Below are positions 48,684 through 57,007 of a DNA stretch of 64,000 bases, in pieces; the stretch's first letter is position 1, and every line of letters begins with the position of its first letter. Made by a program: the position numbers and the translations under genes. The stretch comes from an uncultured bacterium. Lineage in GTDB: Bacteria > Krumholzibacteriota > Krumholzibacteriia > LZORAL124-64-63. A model generated the notes under the pieces. That model made no database searches, was not told the DNA's origin, and worked only from the letters and a program-made list of their open reading frames with translations. The stretch covers positions 1,216,001 through 1,280,000 of the forward strand of contig CAVSGO010000007.1 in the NCBI GenBank assembly GCA_963727525.1. Reading direction: 5' to 3'.

Positions 48684-49894
48684 TTCGCCGAACGCAGATC
48701 CTCGACCGACTTCGGTTTCACGAAGTTGGGGCGGCTCATGTTGTCGATGATGTACTGCGCATCGGATGCGAATTCGCTGTCGGGATAGTCCGTCACGAGG
48801 CGCCGGAGCAGCCGCGTTGCGCGGAGCTGATCGCCCCAGGTGTCGAGTACGAGATTCGCCGCGAGGAACAGGGAATCATCGGCGCGGTCGCTTTGCGGAT
48901 AATCGTCGACGAGCATCGCCCACAGTTCCAGCTTTTGCGAGGCGTCGGCCGCCGCCTGCGCCCGCGCGAAGATCTCCTGCGGCGTCTGCCCCTTTCCCGG
49001 GCGGTAATCGCCGAAGTATTCGAGATCCGCGTTCTTGCGCGCATCGTCGTTCCAGGCATCGATGAGGGTTTGCTGGAAATCGGGCTTCATGTCGGCCAGC
49101 ACGCGATCGTACGCCTCATCCAGCGTCTGCGGCCGCCCGTATTGCCGCTCGAAGACCTTCACGACGTGCCAGTGATCATCGAACTTGATCGGCGGATTCA
49201 CGCCCACCTCGAAGTTCCAGATCGCCTTGGTGAACGCCTTGCTGTTCGGGATGCCGGGAATGAAACCGTCCTCGTTGAACCAGCCGAGGTCACCGTCCTT
49301 GTCCCGCGTCTTCTCGTCGATCGAGTAATCATGCACGATGTACGGAAACGGACGCTTGTCGGCCTTCGCCTCAGCGTACGCCTTGTCAGCCTTCTCCTTG
49401 GTCGCGCACTCGATATGCGCGGCGTGCATCGAGCCCAGGCGTTGATACTTGTCGCGGTGTCCGAGGAAGTATGCACGGATCTCCTCGATGCCGGGCTCCT
49501 TGCCCTTGACGACATCGTTGACGAGCGCCAGGTCCATCGCGTTGCGCCGCTGCGAGATGAGCACGCGGGCCACTGTCGGATCGTCCTGCAGGCGGCGCTT
49601 CTCCGCCTCCCTTACGCGCAGATAGGATGCGACCATCTCGCGCAGGAAGAGGCGCTTGCCGTCGTCGCCCGCGTAGCGTGCCTTGAGGTCCTTGTCGAGT
49701 TCCTCGTAGCGCATGTCGAGCATGTGCTGGGTGATGTCGTAGCCGTCCACGGTGGCGATCACGGGTGATGGATCCTTGGTGCCGTCCCCGAAGACGGCGC
49801 CGTCGAGCCGCGACGCCTCGCTCGAGCCCGCGCCCTGGCAACCGCCCATGCCGAGGGCGAACACGATCAGGGAGAGAGTCAGACCTTTCATCAC
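48680..49894 (-). CDS. Parvulin (PpiC)-type peptidyl-prolyl isomerase lipoprotein with C-terminal TPR-like helices
   Basis: Lipobox MGGC; VIATVDG, AAHI, YSID..T...DGDLGWF, WHVVKV; DYPQS/DYPDS repeats. Confidence 0.8.
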   Translation of the reverse strand: MMKGLTLSLIVFALGMGGCQGAGSSEASRLDGAVFGDGTKDPSPVIATVDGYDITQHMLDMRYEELDKDLKARYAGDDGKRLFLREMVASYLRVREAEKRRLQDDPTVARVLISQRRNAMDLALVNDVVKGKEPGIEEIRAYFLGHRDKYQRLGSMHAAHIECATKEKADKAYAEAKADKRPFPYIVHDYSIDEKTRDKDGDLGWFNEDGFIPGIPNSKAFTKAIWNFEVGVNPPIKFDDHWHVVKVFERQYGRPQTLDEAYDRVLADMKPDFQQTLIDAWNDDARKNADLEYFGDYRPGKGQTPQEIFARAQAAADASQKLELWAMLVDDYPQSDRADDSLFLAANLVLDTWGDQLRATRLLRRLVTDYPDSEFASDAQYIIDNMSRPNFVKPKSVEDLRSAN

Positions 49895-49911
49895 GTGGAC
49901 ACTCCTGCCAG

Positions 49912-50991
49912 CTAGAGGAATTCGGATCGTCGGCCCGCCTCGAGCCGACCGATGACGTCCTTGAGACGCTGGTCGTCATCGCTACGGCACACGAGCAGCG
50001 CGTCACCGGTGTCCACCACGATGAGCCCCGCGACGCCCACCAGGGCCACCAGCTTCCCCGGGGCGTGGACCACGTTGCCGGTGCTCGCCACCGCCACGAG
50101 ATCGGCCAGGCCGCAATTGCCGTCCGTCAGCCGGGGTGCCAGTTCACCCCACGCCGACCAGCTCCCGAGATCGGACCAGCGATACCGTGCACGCACCACG
50201 GCGAAACGCGGCAGTTTCTCCATCAAGGCATAGTCGATCGAATCGGCCGGACAATCGGCATACGCCGATGCGAGCGCGGCCGCAAAACCCCTCGTACCCC
50301 AGGATGCGACGGCGTGTTCCAGGCGGGCGACCACCCCGGGAAGATGCTGCCGGGCCTGCGCTAGGAACGCGTCGGCTTCCCAAACGAAGATGCCGCTATT
50401 CCACAGATGCCGTCCGCCTGCCAGGTATGCCTCGGCGCGCGGACGGTCCGGCTTCTCGACGAAGGCCACACCGGGCAACACGTCGCCCCGCGCCGCTTGG
50501 GGATCGACCTCGAGATAGCCATATCCGGTTTCCGGACGCGTGGGCGGGATGCCGAAGGTGACAGCCTCGCGCGTGGCGGACGCGTGGTCGAACGCCGTCT
50601 CCAGTTGCTGGATGAAAACGTCGGGATCGGGGATGGCGTGATCGGCCGGCAACAGCGCGACGGGACCGGGGCCCCCGCACCGGGCGGCAATGCCGACACC
50701 GAGGATCGCGCAGGGCGCGGTGTTGCGCCCCACGGGCTCGCCGATGACATGGTCGGCCGGCAAATCGGGCAGGTCCTGGCGCACAGCCTCCGCGAGCACG
50801 GCGCTCGTGACCACCAGGACGCGTTCGGCCCCCACCAGGGGCGCCACGCGGTCGTAGGTCTGCCTCAGCAGGGACGTGTCCCCGGCGAGGGCTTGCAACT
50901 GCTTGGGTCGCTGCGTCCGGCTCAGCGGCCAGAACCGGGTACCCCGGCCACCGGCCATGATGACGCAGAACCTATTCGGTGCCGCCGACAT
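49912..50991 (-). CDS. manC: Mannose-1-phosphate guanylyltransferase (no PMI domain)
   Basis: IMAGGRGTRFWPLSR..RPKQL, EPVGRNTAP, PETGYGY, FVEKP, WNSGIF, SIDYALMEK, WSDLGSW. Confidence 0.92.
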   Translation of the reverse strand: MSAAPNRFCVIMAGGRGTRFWPLSRTQRPKQLQALAGDTSLLRQTYDRVAPLVGAERVLVVTSAVLAEAVRQDLPDLPADHVIGEPVGRNTAPCAILGVGIAARCGGPGPVALLPADHAIPDPDVFIQQLETAFDHASATREAVTFGIPPTRPETGYGYLEVDPQAARGDVLPGVAFVEKPDRPRAEAYLAGGRHLWNSGIFVWEADAFLAQARQHLPGVVARLEHAVASWGTRGFAAALASAYADCPADSIDYALMEKLPRFAVVRARYRWSDLGSWSAWGELAPRLTDGNCGLADLVAVASTGNVVHAPGKLVALVGVAGLIVVDTGDALLVCRSDDDQRLKDVIGRLEAGRRSEFL

Positions 50992-51424
50992 GGACCTTGA
51001 CGACGATCTCGACCTCGGGATGGAGTCGCACGGGGACCTCGTACTCGCCCACCTGCTTGATGGGTTCCACGAGTTGCACCTGGCGATGATCCAGCGCGAA
51101 GTTCTGCTTCGTGAGCGCGTCCGCAATGTCGCGCGCCGACACGGAGCCGTACAGGCGACCATCCTCGCCGGCTTTCGCGTCGAGCCGGACCGCCAGTTCC
51201 TTGCCCGCGTACTGCGCCTTGACGGCCTCCGCGGCGTCCTTTCGCTTCGAGTCGTGCTTGTTCTCGAGAACCATCTTCTCGGCAACCAGCTTCTGCGAGC
51301 CCTCGCTCGCCTCGACAGCGAGACCGTTGGGCACCAGGTAGTTGCGCGCGAACCCGCGGGCGACGGACACGGTCTGGCCCATCCGTCCCACGTTGTCCAC
51401 GTTCTTGAGCATGATCACTTGCAT
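50972..51424 (-). CDS. rplI: 50S ribosomal protein L9
   Basis: MQVIMLKNV, GFARNYLVP, GRLYGSV, LHPEV. Confidence 0.96.
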   Translation of the reverse strand: MQVIMLKNVDNVGRMGQTVSVARGFARNYLVPNGLAVEASEGSQKLVAEKMVLENKHDSKRKDAAEAVKAQYAGKELAVRLDAKAGEDGRLYGSVSARDIADALTKQNFALDHRQVQLVEPIKQVGEYEVPVRLHPEVEIVVKVHVGGTE

Positions 51425-51432
51425 CTCGCACC

Positions 51433-52296
51433 TCAATCTTCGCGAATCGCTCCATGATGACGGCGTAGGTCCAGCCATTGATCGACCAGCCCGATCGCCG
51501 CACCGCCCGCGATGACCACGGGCCAGAACAGGACCGTCATCATCAACCAGTACACCACACGTAGCGGTCCCGGCAACACCTTGCCGATGTACCACACCTG
51601 TACGGCCGTGCCCTGCACCGCCAGCGCGAGCGTGGCCAGGAGCGCCATATTCACGCCGGCGAGCCGCAGCGGGTGGCTTCCCACGAGGACGAGGCCGAGC
51701 CCCACCGCGAGCACCCAGACCGTCGCCGCCGGCACCGCCCATGTGCGCACCGGCCGCCAGATCCGTTCCTTGCGACGCGCCAGCCAGAGCCCCGCGATCA
51801 GCCCGACGGCCGCCACGGTCACCTGACCCAGGACCACGAAACTCGGCCAGATCCAGGTCATGATCCGGACGACGCCGTCGATCTGCCGCGCAAACTCCGC
51901 GCGCCACGCCTCTCTCTGCGCCTCCGTGGCCGTGGCCGGAAGCTGATGCGCGAAACTCGTGCGCGCCACATCCCGCATCGCATCGAGATTCGCTGCGATC
52001 GTCGCGCCATCGAGGGCTGCGACGATTGTCGGCAGCGTCGCCAGCACCATCACGGCCAGAACCGCGGCGACACGCGCCCCGCGTTGCCACGCCCAGCCGC
52101 CGAGAAGCCCGGCAGCCACGTAGCTGCTGCCATAGATCGCGAGTTCCCGCGAACCCACCGCTGCCGCGAGGACGACGGTCGCGGCAGCCGCCGCAAGCAC
52201 GCGTCCGCGGCGATCGCTCCGAAGCCACGCCGCCAGCCACAGCCCTGGCAACACCAGGGGCGCCATCGCAGCCGCCACCGGCACCCAGGAACTCAC
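51433..52296 (-). CDS. DUF2232/YybS-like membrane protein
   Basis: Multi-TM, QG motif, C-terminal IGLVDQWLDLR; typical position between rpsR and rplI. Confidence 0.78.
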   Translation of the reverse strand: MSSWVPVAAAMAPLVLPGLWLAAWLRSDRRGRVLAAAAATVVLAAAVGSRELAIYGSSYVAAGLLGGWAWQRGARVAAVLAVMVLATLPTIVAALDGATIAANLDAMRDVARTSFAHQLPATATEAQREAWRAEFARQIDGVVRIMTWIWPSFVVLGQVTVAAVGLIAGLWLARRKERIWRPVRTWAVPAATVWVLAVGLGLVLVGSHPLRLAGVNMALLATLALAVQGTAVQVWYIGKVLPGPLRVVYWLMMTVLFWPVVIAGGAAIGLVDQWLDLRRHHGAIRED

Positions 52297-52308
52297 TGTG
52301 CCTCCCGG

Positions 52309-52575
52309 CTACCGGTAATATTCCCTCACGAACGGCAACAGCGCCAGATGGCGCGCCCGCTTGACGGCCACAGCCAGCATGCGCTGGTAGCGCGCCGTCG
52401 TGCCGGTGTTGCGCCGCGGCGCGATCTTGCCGCGCTCCGTGACGAAACGGCGCAGCAGGTCGACGTCCTTGTAGTCGATGCAGACGTAGCCCATCTTCGT
52501 GAAGTAGCAGGGCTTCTGCTTCGCTGCCCTTCTCTTCTTCTTCTTCTTCTTGATGCGCATGTTCTTGCGCGCCAT
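52309..52575 (-). CDS. rpsR: 30S ribosomal protein S18
   Basis: [26 protein letters not shown]...[11 protein letters not shown]. Confidence 0.97.
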   Translation of the reverse strand: MARKNMRIKKKKKKRRAAKQKPCYFTKMGYVCIDYKDVDLLRRFVTERGKIAPRRNTGTTARYQRMLAVAVKRARHLALLPFVREYYR

Positions 52576-52615
52576 GACGTACCTTCCTTTCGTGCCCCGG
52601 CGGCGACGTCAGCCG

Positions 52616-52981
52616 TCAGTCTTGATTGTCGGCGACATCGTCCTCGGCGTGCGCCTGGCGCCGCTTGGCCATGGCCGCGCGGTTGCGATCCTCCCACTCC
52701 TCATCCCTCACGACCAGGTGACGAAGCACCTTGTCATCGAGGCGCAGGTAGCGGTCGATCTCCGCCACGGCCTGCGGGCCCGAGACGAAGCGCAGCAGCA
52801 TGTAATCGCCCTTGTTCTGGAACTCGATCTCGAACTCCAGCTTCCGGACGCCCCAGTGATTCTCTAGGGTGATCTCGCCGCCGTGCTCGGACACGATGCT
52901 GCGGATCCGATCCACATGGGAACCCATCTCGGGCTCCGGCAGATCGGTGCGCAGGATGAAGATACACTCGTACTTCTGCAT
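52616..52981 (-). CDS. rpsF: 30S ribosomal protein S6
   Basis: YECIFIL, WGVRKLEFEI, VLRHLVVR. Confidence 0.96.
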   Translation of the reverse strand: MQKYECIFILRTDLPEPEMGSHVDRIRSIVSEHGGEITLENHWGVRKLEFEIEFQNKGDYMLLRFVSGPQAVAEIDRYLRLDDKVLRHLVVRDEEWEDRNRAAMAKRRQAHAEDDVADNQD

Positions 52982-52984
52982 GGG

Positions 52985-53058
52985 AACACCTCCCTTCGGT
53001 CAGAACGACCCGGTGCCCTATTCGACGCGACTGTGCGTCGTCAGCCCGGGTAGGGATG
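52985..53058 (-). promoter_or_regulatory. S6:S18-type ribosomal protein leader (putative)
   Basis: UCCCU pairs with SD AGGGA; ACCCGG/CCGGGU stem; unpaired CCG just 5' of the SD. Confidence 0.6.
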
Positions 53059-53121
53059 GCACGTGGCCCCAACGATTCCGTTGTTGCGCTGTCTCGCGGC
53101 TTCTCATGTCCGCGGCCGCAG

Positions 53122-53150
53122 AATATACCCCATCAGTCGGCCGCGGGCAA
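53122..53150 (-). promoter_or_regulatory. Putative rpsF promoter
   Basis: TTGCCC-N17-TATATT overlapping the pth 3' end. Confidence 0.5.
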
Positions 53151-53732
53151 GTCCGGTTCGCGTCGGATGGTCCGGTTGTGGCGGGATCCGGCCCCATCCG
53201 GCCCCACGGCCAGGACGTCGACCAGGGCCGCCACGGCCCGCCCCACCAGGTCGGCCACCGCATCCGCCTCGTCCGGCGGGAAGTCGTCGAGGACGTAGTC
53301 GGCCCAGTCCTCGGGCGGCACCGGGGCGTCCCGAGGCCCCACCCCCAGACGCAGCCGCGGCACCGCGTCGTGCCCGAGAGCCGCGAGGATCGAGGCCAGG
53401 CCGTTCTGGCCGCCGGCGCTGCCGCCGTTGCGGAGGCGCAGCGACCCCAGGGGCAGGTGCAGGTCATCACAGACGACCACCAGAGGGGCATCGGCGCCGT
53501 CCGGGGCCTGGTCGTACCAGGCCCGGACGGCGTCGCCACTGCGATTCATGTAGGTGAGCGGTTCGAGCAGCACCGCGTCGTCGTGGCGGGCTTCCCGGAA
53601 ACGGGGGTCCCTCGTCGCCCACGAGACCCCGAGGTGTGCGGCCAGCGCCTCGACCACCCGGAATCCGATGTTGTGACGGTTCCCGCCGTACCGGGGACCG
53701 GGGTTGCCGAGGCCGACGATCAGCACCGGCAT
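53133..53732 (-). CDS. pth: Peptidyl-tRNA hydrolase
   Basis: VGLGNPG, RHNIGF, PLTYMNRSG, GGQNGL, RLRLGVG. Confidence 0.95.
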   Translation of the reverse strand: MPVLIVGLGNPGPRYGGNRHNIGFRVVEALAAHLGVSWATRDPRFREARHDDAVLLEPLTYMNRSGDAVRAWYDQAPDGADAPLVVVCDDLHLPLGSLRLRNGGSAGGQNGLASILAALGHDAVPRLRLGVGPRDAPVPPEDWADYVLDDFPPDEADAVADLVGRAVAALVDVLAVGPDGAGSRHNRTIRREPDLPAAD

Positions 53733-54409
53733 CAGTCCTTGCCCTTGGGCTCCTTGGCCTTGGGCTCCTTGGCCTTGGCCTTCGTGTCGGCATCGCCCTC
53801 GGCCGGCGCCGGCTCAGCCACATCCTCCTCCTCGATCGGCTCGGCCAGCACGATCACGGGCTTGACCACAAGCACCAGCGTCTCGGCGTCGGTCACGAAT
53901 TCGCCCATCGAGAGCGCTAGGTCGCTCACGAACCGGCGGTCGTGCAGCTTCAGCTCGCTCACGTCGAGCGTGACGGATTCGGGCATCTCGCGCGGCAAGC
54001 ACGACACCTCGACCTCGTCGAGCATCTGCTGGACCTCGCCCTCGCCGAACTTCACGCATTGCGGCTCGCCGACGAGCACCAGCGGCACCTCGACCGTGAC
54101 CTTCTCGCCGCGCGGGATCTCGAAGAGGTCGACGTGGTAGACCATGTCACTCACGGGATGCTGCTGGATCTCGCGCATCAGCGCCAGCGGCTGATCGCTC
54201 TGGCCTTCGATCGCCAGGTTGAAGATGACGCTGCCACCGTGCAGGTGCGACTTGATCTTCGTGAATTCCGCGACGTCGAGCGCCACGTTCACGGCGGGCC
54301 GGCCTTCGCCATACAGCACGGCCGGGATTCGCCCCGCGGCGCGGGTACGTCGGTTCTCGTTCTTGCCGGTGGTGTGGCGCGCATAGACGTTCAAATTGAC
54401 CAGGGCCAT
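53732..54409 (-). CDS. rplY: 50S ribosomal protein L25/Ctc (long form)
   Basis: GRIPAVLYG, EIQQHPV, HVDL, VEVPL; GGAGG SD. Confidence 0.94.
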   Translation of the reverse strand: MALVNLNVYARHTTGKNENRRTRAAGRIPAVLYGEGRPAVNVALDVAEFTKIKSHLHGGSVIFNLAIEGQSDQPLALMREIQQHPVSDMVYHVDLFEIPRGEKVTVEVPLVLVGEPQCVKFGEGEVQQMLDEVEVSCLPREMPESVTLDVSELKLHDRRFVSDLALSMGEFVTDAETLVLVVKPVIVLAEPIEEEDVAEPAPAEGDADTKAKAKEPKAKEPKGKD

Positions 54410-54558
54410 GATAAGCCTCCGCGTTCGACGCGATCCGTCGGGCTCGCCGCCCGTTGCGGCAAGGATCCTCTGCGGGGAGCGCACCAAGCGCCCCGCGCCC
54501 CCCGGGGCCAGATGGTCCGGGACGATCACGTCCTTCGATTGTGCAAAAAGGACCGTAG

Positions 54559-54587
54559 AAGAAAGCACGCCCGCCAGTTGCTGTCAA
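54559..54587 (-). promoter_or_regulatory. Putative rplY promoter
   Basis: Perfect TTGACA, N17, weak -10 TTTCTT with TG extension. Confidence 0.4.
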
Positions 54588-54596
54588 GCCGACCGG

Positions 54597-55535
54597 CTAA
54601 ACGAACAGGGCGCTCACCGTCTTTTCCAGGTGGATGCGCTCGATGGCTTCCGCGAGAAGTGGCGCCACGTCGAGCACCCGGATCTTGGGGCACTCGTCCG
54701 TCCGCTGGAAGGGGATGGTGTTGGTGACCGCGAGTTCCTGCAGCGGCGAGTTGGTGATCCGCTCGAGTGCGGGTCCCGAAAGGATGGGATGCGTTGCCGA
54801 GGCCCGCACTGACCGCGCCCCCTGCTTCTCGACGCACACGCGCGCGGCATCCGTGAGCGTGCCCGCGGTGTCCACCATGTCGTCGAAGATAATCACGTCC
54901 TTGCCCTCGACGTCGCCGATGAAGTTCATGACCTCCAGCACGTTGGGCCGCGGGCGTCGCTTGTCGATGATGGCCAGGCTGGCGTCGAGGCGCTTGGCGA
55001 ACGCTCGCGCCATCTTGATGCTACCCACGTCCGGCGCGACCACTGCCACATTGCCGCGGTCGATGTTCTCGAAGTGCTTGAGTAACACGGGCGCCGAGTA
55101 GAGATGGTCGAGCGGGATATCGAAGAAGCCCTGGATCTGCGGCGCGTGCAGGTCGATCGTGAGTACGCGCTGGGCTCCGGCGGCCGTGATGAGGTTGGCC
55201 ATGAGTTTCGCCGCGATGGGCACCCGTGGCTGGTCCTTGCGATCCTGGCGGGCGTAGCCGAAATACGGGATCACCGCTGTCACCCGGCGCGACGAGGCGC
55301 GCTTCACCGCGTCGAGCAGAAGCAGGAGTTCGATCAGATTCTCCGCGGGCGGCATCGTGGGCTGGATCAGGAAGACGTCGGTGCCGCGGATGTTCTCCTT
55401 GATCTTGACGCGTATCTCCTGGTCACTGAAGCGATCGACCTCGACGTCGCGCAGTTCCACATTGAGGCAATCGGCGATGCGCCGCGCGATCTCGGGATTG
55501 GCATTGCCGCTGATCAACACCAGTTCGTTGTACAT
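54597..55535 (-). CDS. prs: Ribose-phosphate pyrophosphokinase
   Basis: FSDQE, PYFGYARQDRK, DLHAPQIQGFF, DDMVDTAGT. Confidence 0.97.
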   Translation of the reverse strand: MYNELVLISGNANPEIARRIADCLNVELRDVEVDRFSDQEIRVKIKENIRGTDVFLIQPTMPPAENLIELLLLLDAVKRASSRRVTAVIPYFGYARQDRKDQPRVPIAAKLMANLITAAGAQRVLTIDLHAPQIQGFFDIPLDHLYSAPVLLKHFENIDRGNVAVVAPDVGSIKMARAFAKRLDASLAIIDKRRPRPNVLEVMNFIGDVEGKDVIIFDDMVDTAGTLTDAARVCVEKQGARSVRASATHPILSGPALERITNSPLQELAVTNTIPFQRTDECPKIRVLDVAPLLAEAIERIHLEKTVSALFV

Positions 55536-55574
55536 CGACCAACCTCTTCGAATACGAGCGTGTCACCTGACAGG

Positions 55575-55597
55575 AAAACGCCCCAGCTTCTGGGGCG
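55575..55597 (-). terminator. Hairpin / weak intrinsic terminator after tRNA-Gln
   Basis: CGCCCCAG-AAG-CTGGGGCG followed by TTTT. Confidence 0.55.
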
Positions 55598-55608
55598 CAA
55601 CGAAACGC

Positions 55609-55683
55609 TGGCTGGGGCGGCAGGATTCGAACCTGCGAATGCAAGGACCAAAACCTTGTGTCTTACCACTTGACGACGCCCCA
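55609..55683 (-). tRNA. tRNA-Gln(UUG)
   Basis: Full cloverleaf TGGGGCG...CAAGG-TTTTGGT-CCTTG...GGTTCGAATCC...CGCCCCAGCCA with encoded CCA. Confidence 0.97.
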
Positions 55684-55692
55684 GCGCTCGCG

Positions 55693-56031
55693 TCAGTAAC
55701 TCTCCTCCATCGCGCTGCCACCGTCGTCATCGTACGGCCCATGGGCCGATGGAGGCGGGATCTCGCCCTTCTCCACGCGTTGCATCTCGATCCTGTACGC
55801 CGCAATGACCTGGTTTTCCATCCACTCGCGCGTGTCCATGTTGATGGGATGCGCGATATCCTGAAACGTCCCGTCCTTGCGCTTGCGACTCGGCATGGCG
55901 ATGAACAGCCCGGCGGCGCCCTCGATGATCTTCAAACCGCGGATCACGAAGCAGTTGTCGAGGGTGATGCTTGCAAAGCCCTTGAGCTTGTTGTCATCGC
56001 GCAAGGTGATCCTGATCTCGGAAATCTCCAC
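55693..56031 (-). CDS. spoVG: SpoVG-family nucleic-acid-binding regulator
   Basis: LKGFASITLDNCFVIRGLKIIEG..GLFIAMPSRK..DGTFQDIAHPIN. Confidence 0.93.
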   Translation of the reverse strand: MEISEIRITLRDDNKLKGFASITLDNCFVIRGLKIIEGAAGLFIAMPSRKRKDGTFQDIAHPINMDTREWMENQVIAAYRIEMQRVEKGEIPPPSAHGPYDDDGGSAMEESY

Positions 56032-56080
56032 GCTATCCCTCTTTCGGCTGCTGCCGCAATATCAACAGACTATCGGCAAC

Positions 56081-57007
56081 TCACCCCTCCAAGACCTGCA
56101 CCCCTGCGGGGTGAGGAGCGACGCACCGGGCGAAGGCGAAGTCGGTTCCCAGCATGCTCACGCTCTCCTCGGCTTGACGCGCATCCGGGAATACGCCATA
56201 GATCGCTGACCCGCTTCCGGTGAGCATGGCCACGGGCGCCAGCTCTCTCAACTTGAAGAGGGCCCGCTGCAACTCCGGATGGGAAGGAAGAACCACCTCC
56301 TCCAACCTGTTGCTGCCGAACCAGGAACCTGTTGGAAACCTGGCAATTAAGGGCTTAATTACCTGGATGTTAGCGACCGCCGATCGTACTGTCAATCCCA
56401 TTTTGAGGCCGAGATAAACCTCACGTGTCGCCAACTCCAAGCGAGGCTTCAAGATGAGAAAATAACCGGCTCGGATGGTCGGCAATGCGGTGAGATCATA
56501 GCCGCGGCCTCGGCCGAGCGCCGTGGCGCCGCGGTGGAAGAACGGCACATCCGAGCCGAGGCGTGCCCCCATCGCGACGAACGCCGGGGTGTCGAGGGCC
56601 GTCCCGAAAAGCCGATCGCAGGCCACGAGCACGGCCATGGCATCGCTGCTGCCGCCTCCCAGCCCCGCGCCCACGGGGATCTCCTTGTCCAGCTCAATCT
56701 GCAGGTGACCGCTCACGCGCTGCGTCTCGCAGAAGAGACGCGCGGCACGCCAGCACAGATTCGTCTCGTCATCGGGCACACGGCCGTGCGGTCGCACGAG
56801 CAGCTCGATCAACGGCACGCCGCCGGCCTGGGTACGCACGAGCGTGACGCGCAGGTGGTCGAAGAGTGCCACCGTCTGCAGAACAGTCTCGATCTCATGG
56901 TAACCGTCCGGCCGCTGCCGCAGCACCTCGAGGTGCAGGTTCACCTTGGCCGGGGCACGCAGCGCGAGCCGGCGCGTGCCCGGTTGCTGGTGCGGCGAGT
57001 TGTTCAC
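56081..57007 (-). CDS. ispE: 4-diphosphocytidyl-2-C-methyl-D-erythritol kinase
   Basis: APAKVNLHL, DGYHEI, KEIPVGAGLGGGSSDA, LGSDVPFF, LTGSGS. Confidence 0.96.
   Translation of the reverse strand: MNNSPHQQPGTRRLALRAPAKVNLHLEVLRQRPDGYHEIETVLQTVALFDHLRVTLVRTQAGGVPLIELLVRPHGRVPDDETNLCWRAARLFCETQRVSGHLQIELDKEIPVGAGLGGGSSDAMAVLVACDRLFGTALDTPAFVAMGARLGSDVPFFHRGATALGRGRGYDLTALPTIRAGYFLILKPRLELATREVYLGLKMGLTVRSAVANIQVIKPLIARFPTGSWFGSNRLEEVVLPSHPELQRALFKLRELAPVAMLTGSGSAIYGVFPDARQAEESVSMLGTDFAFARCVAPHPAGVQVLEG
56367..56395 (-). promoter_or_regulatory. Sigma70 promoter inside ispE (for spoVG-tRNA-Gln-prs)
   Basis: TTGACA-N17-TAACAT in a locally AT-rich patch. Confidence 0.75.

Noticed and set aside
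53133..53732. Impression of slightly different codon/oligonucleotide style in pth
   Set aside because: Not quantifiable by eye, and the gene is in its canonical syntenic position.
53740..53782. 15-bp tandem repeat at the rplY 3' end (KAKEP x2)
   Set aside because: Low-complexity charged tail typical of long L25/Ctc proteins; not a CRISPR or mobile repeat.
55540..55610. Integrated element at tRNA-Gln
   Set aside because: No integrase or foreign cargo; prs follows within about 75 nt.
56280..56470. AT-rich patch in ispE as a sign of horizontal transfer
   Set aside because: Short, in-frame and explained by the embedded promoter.
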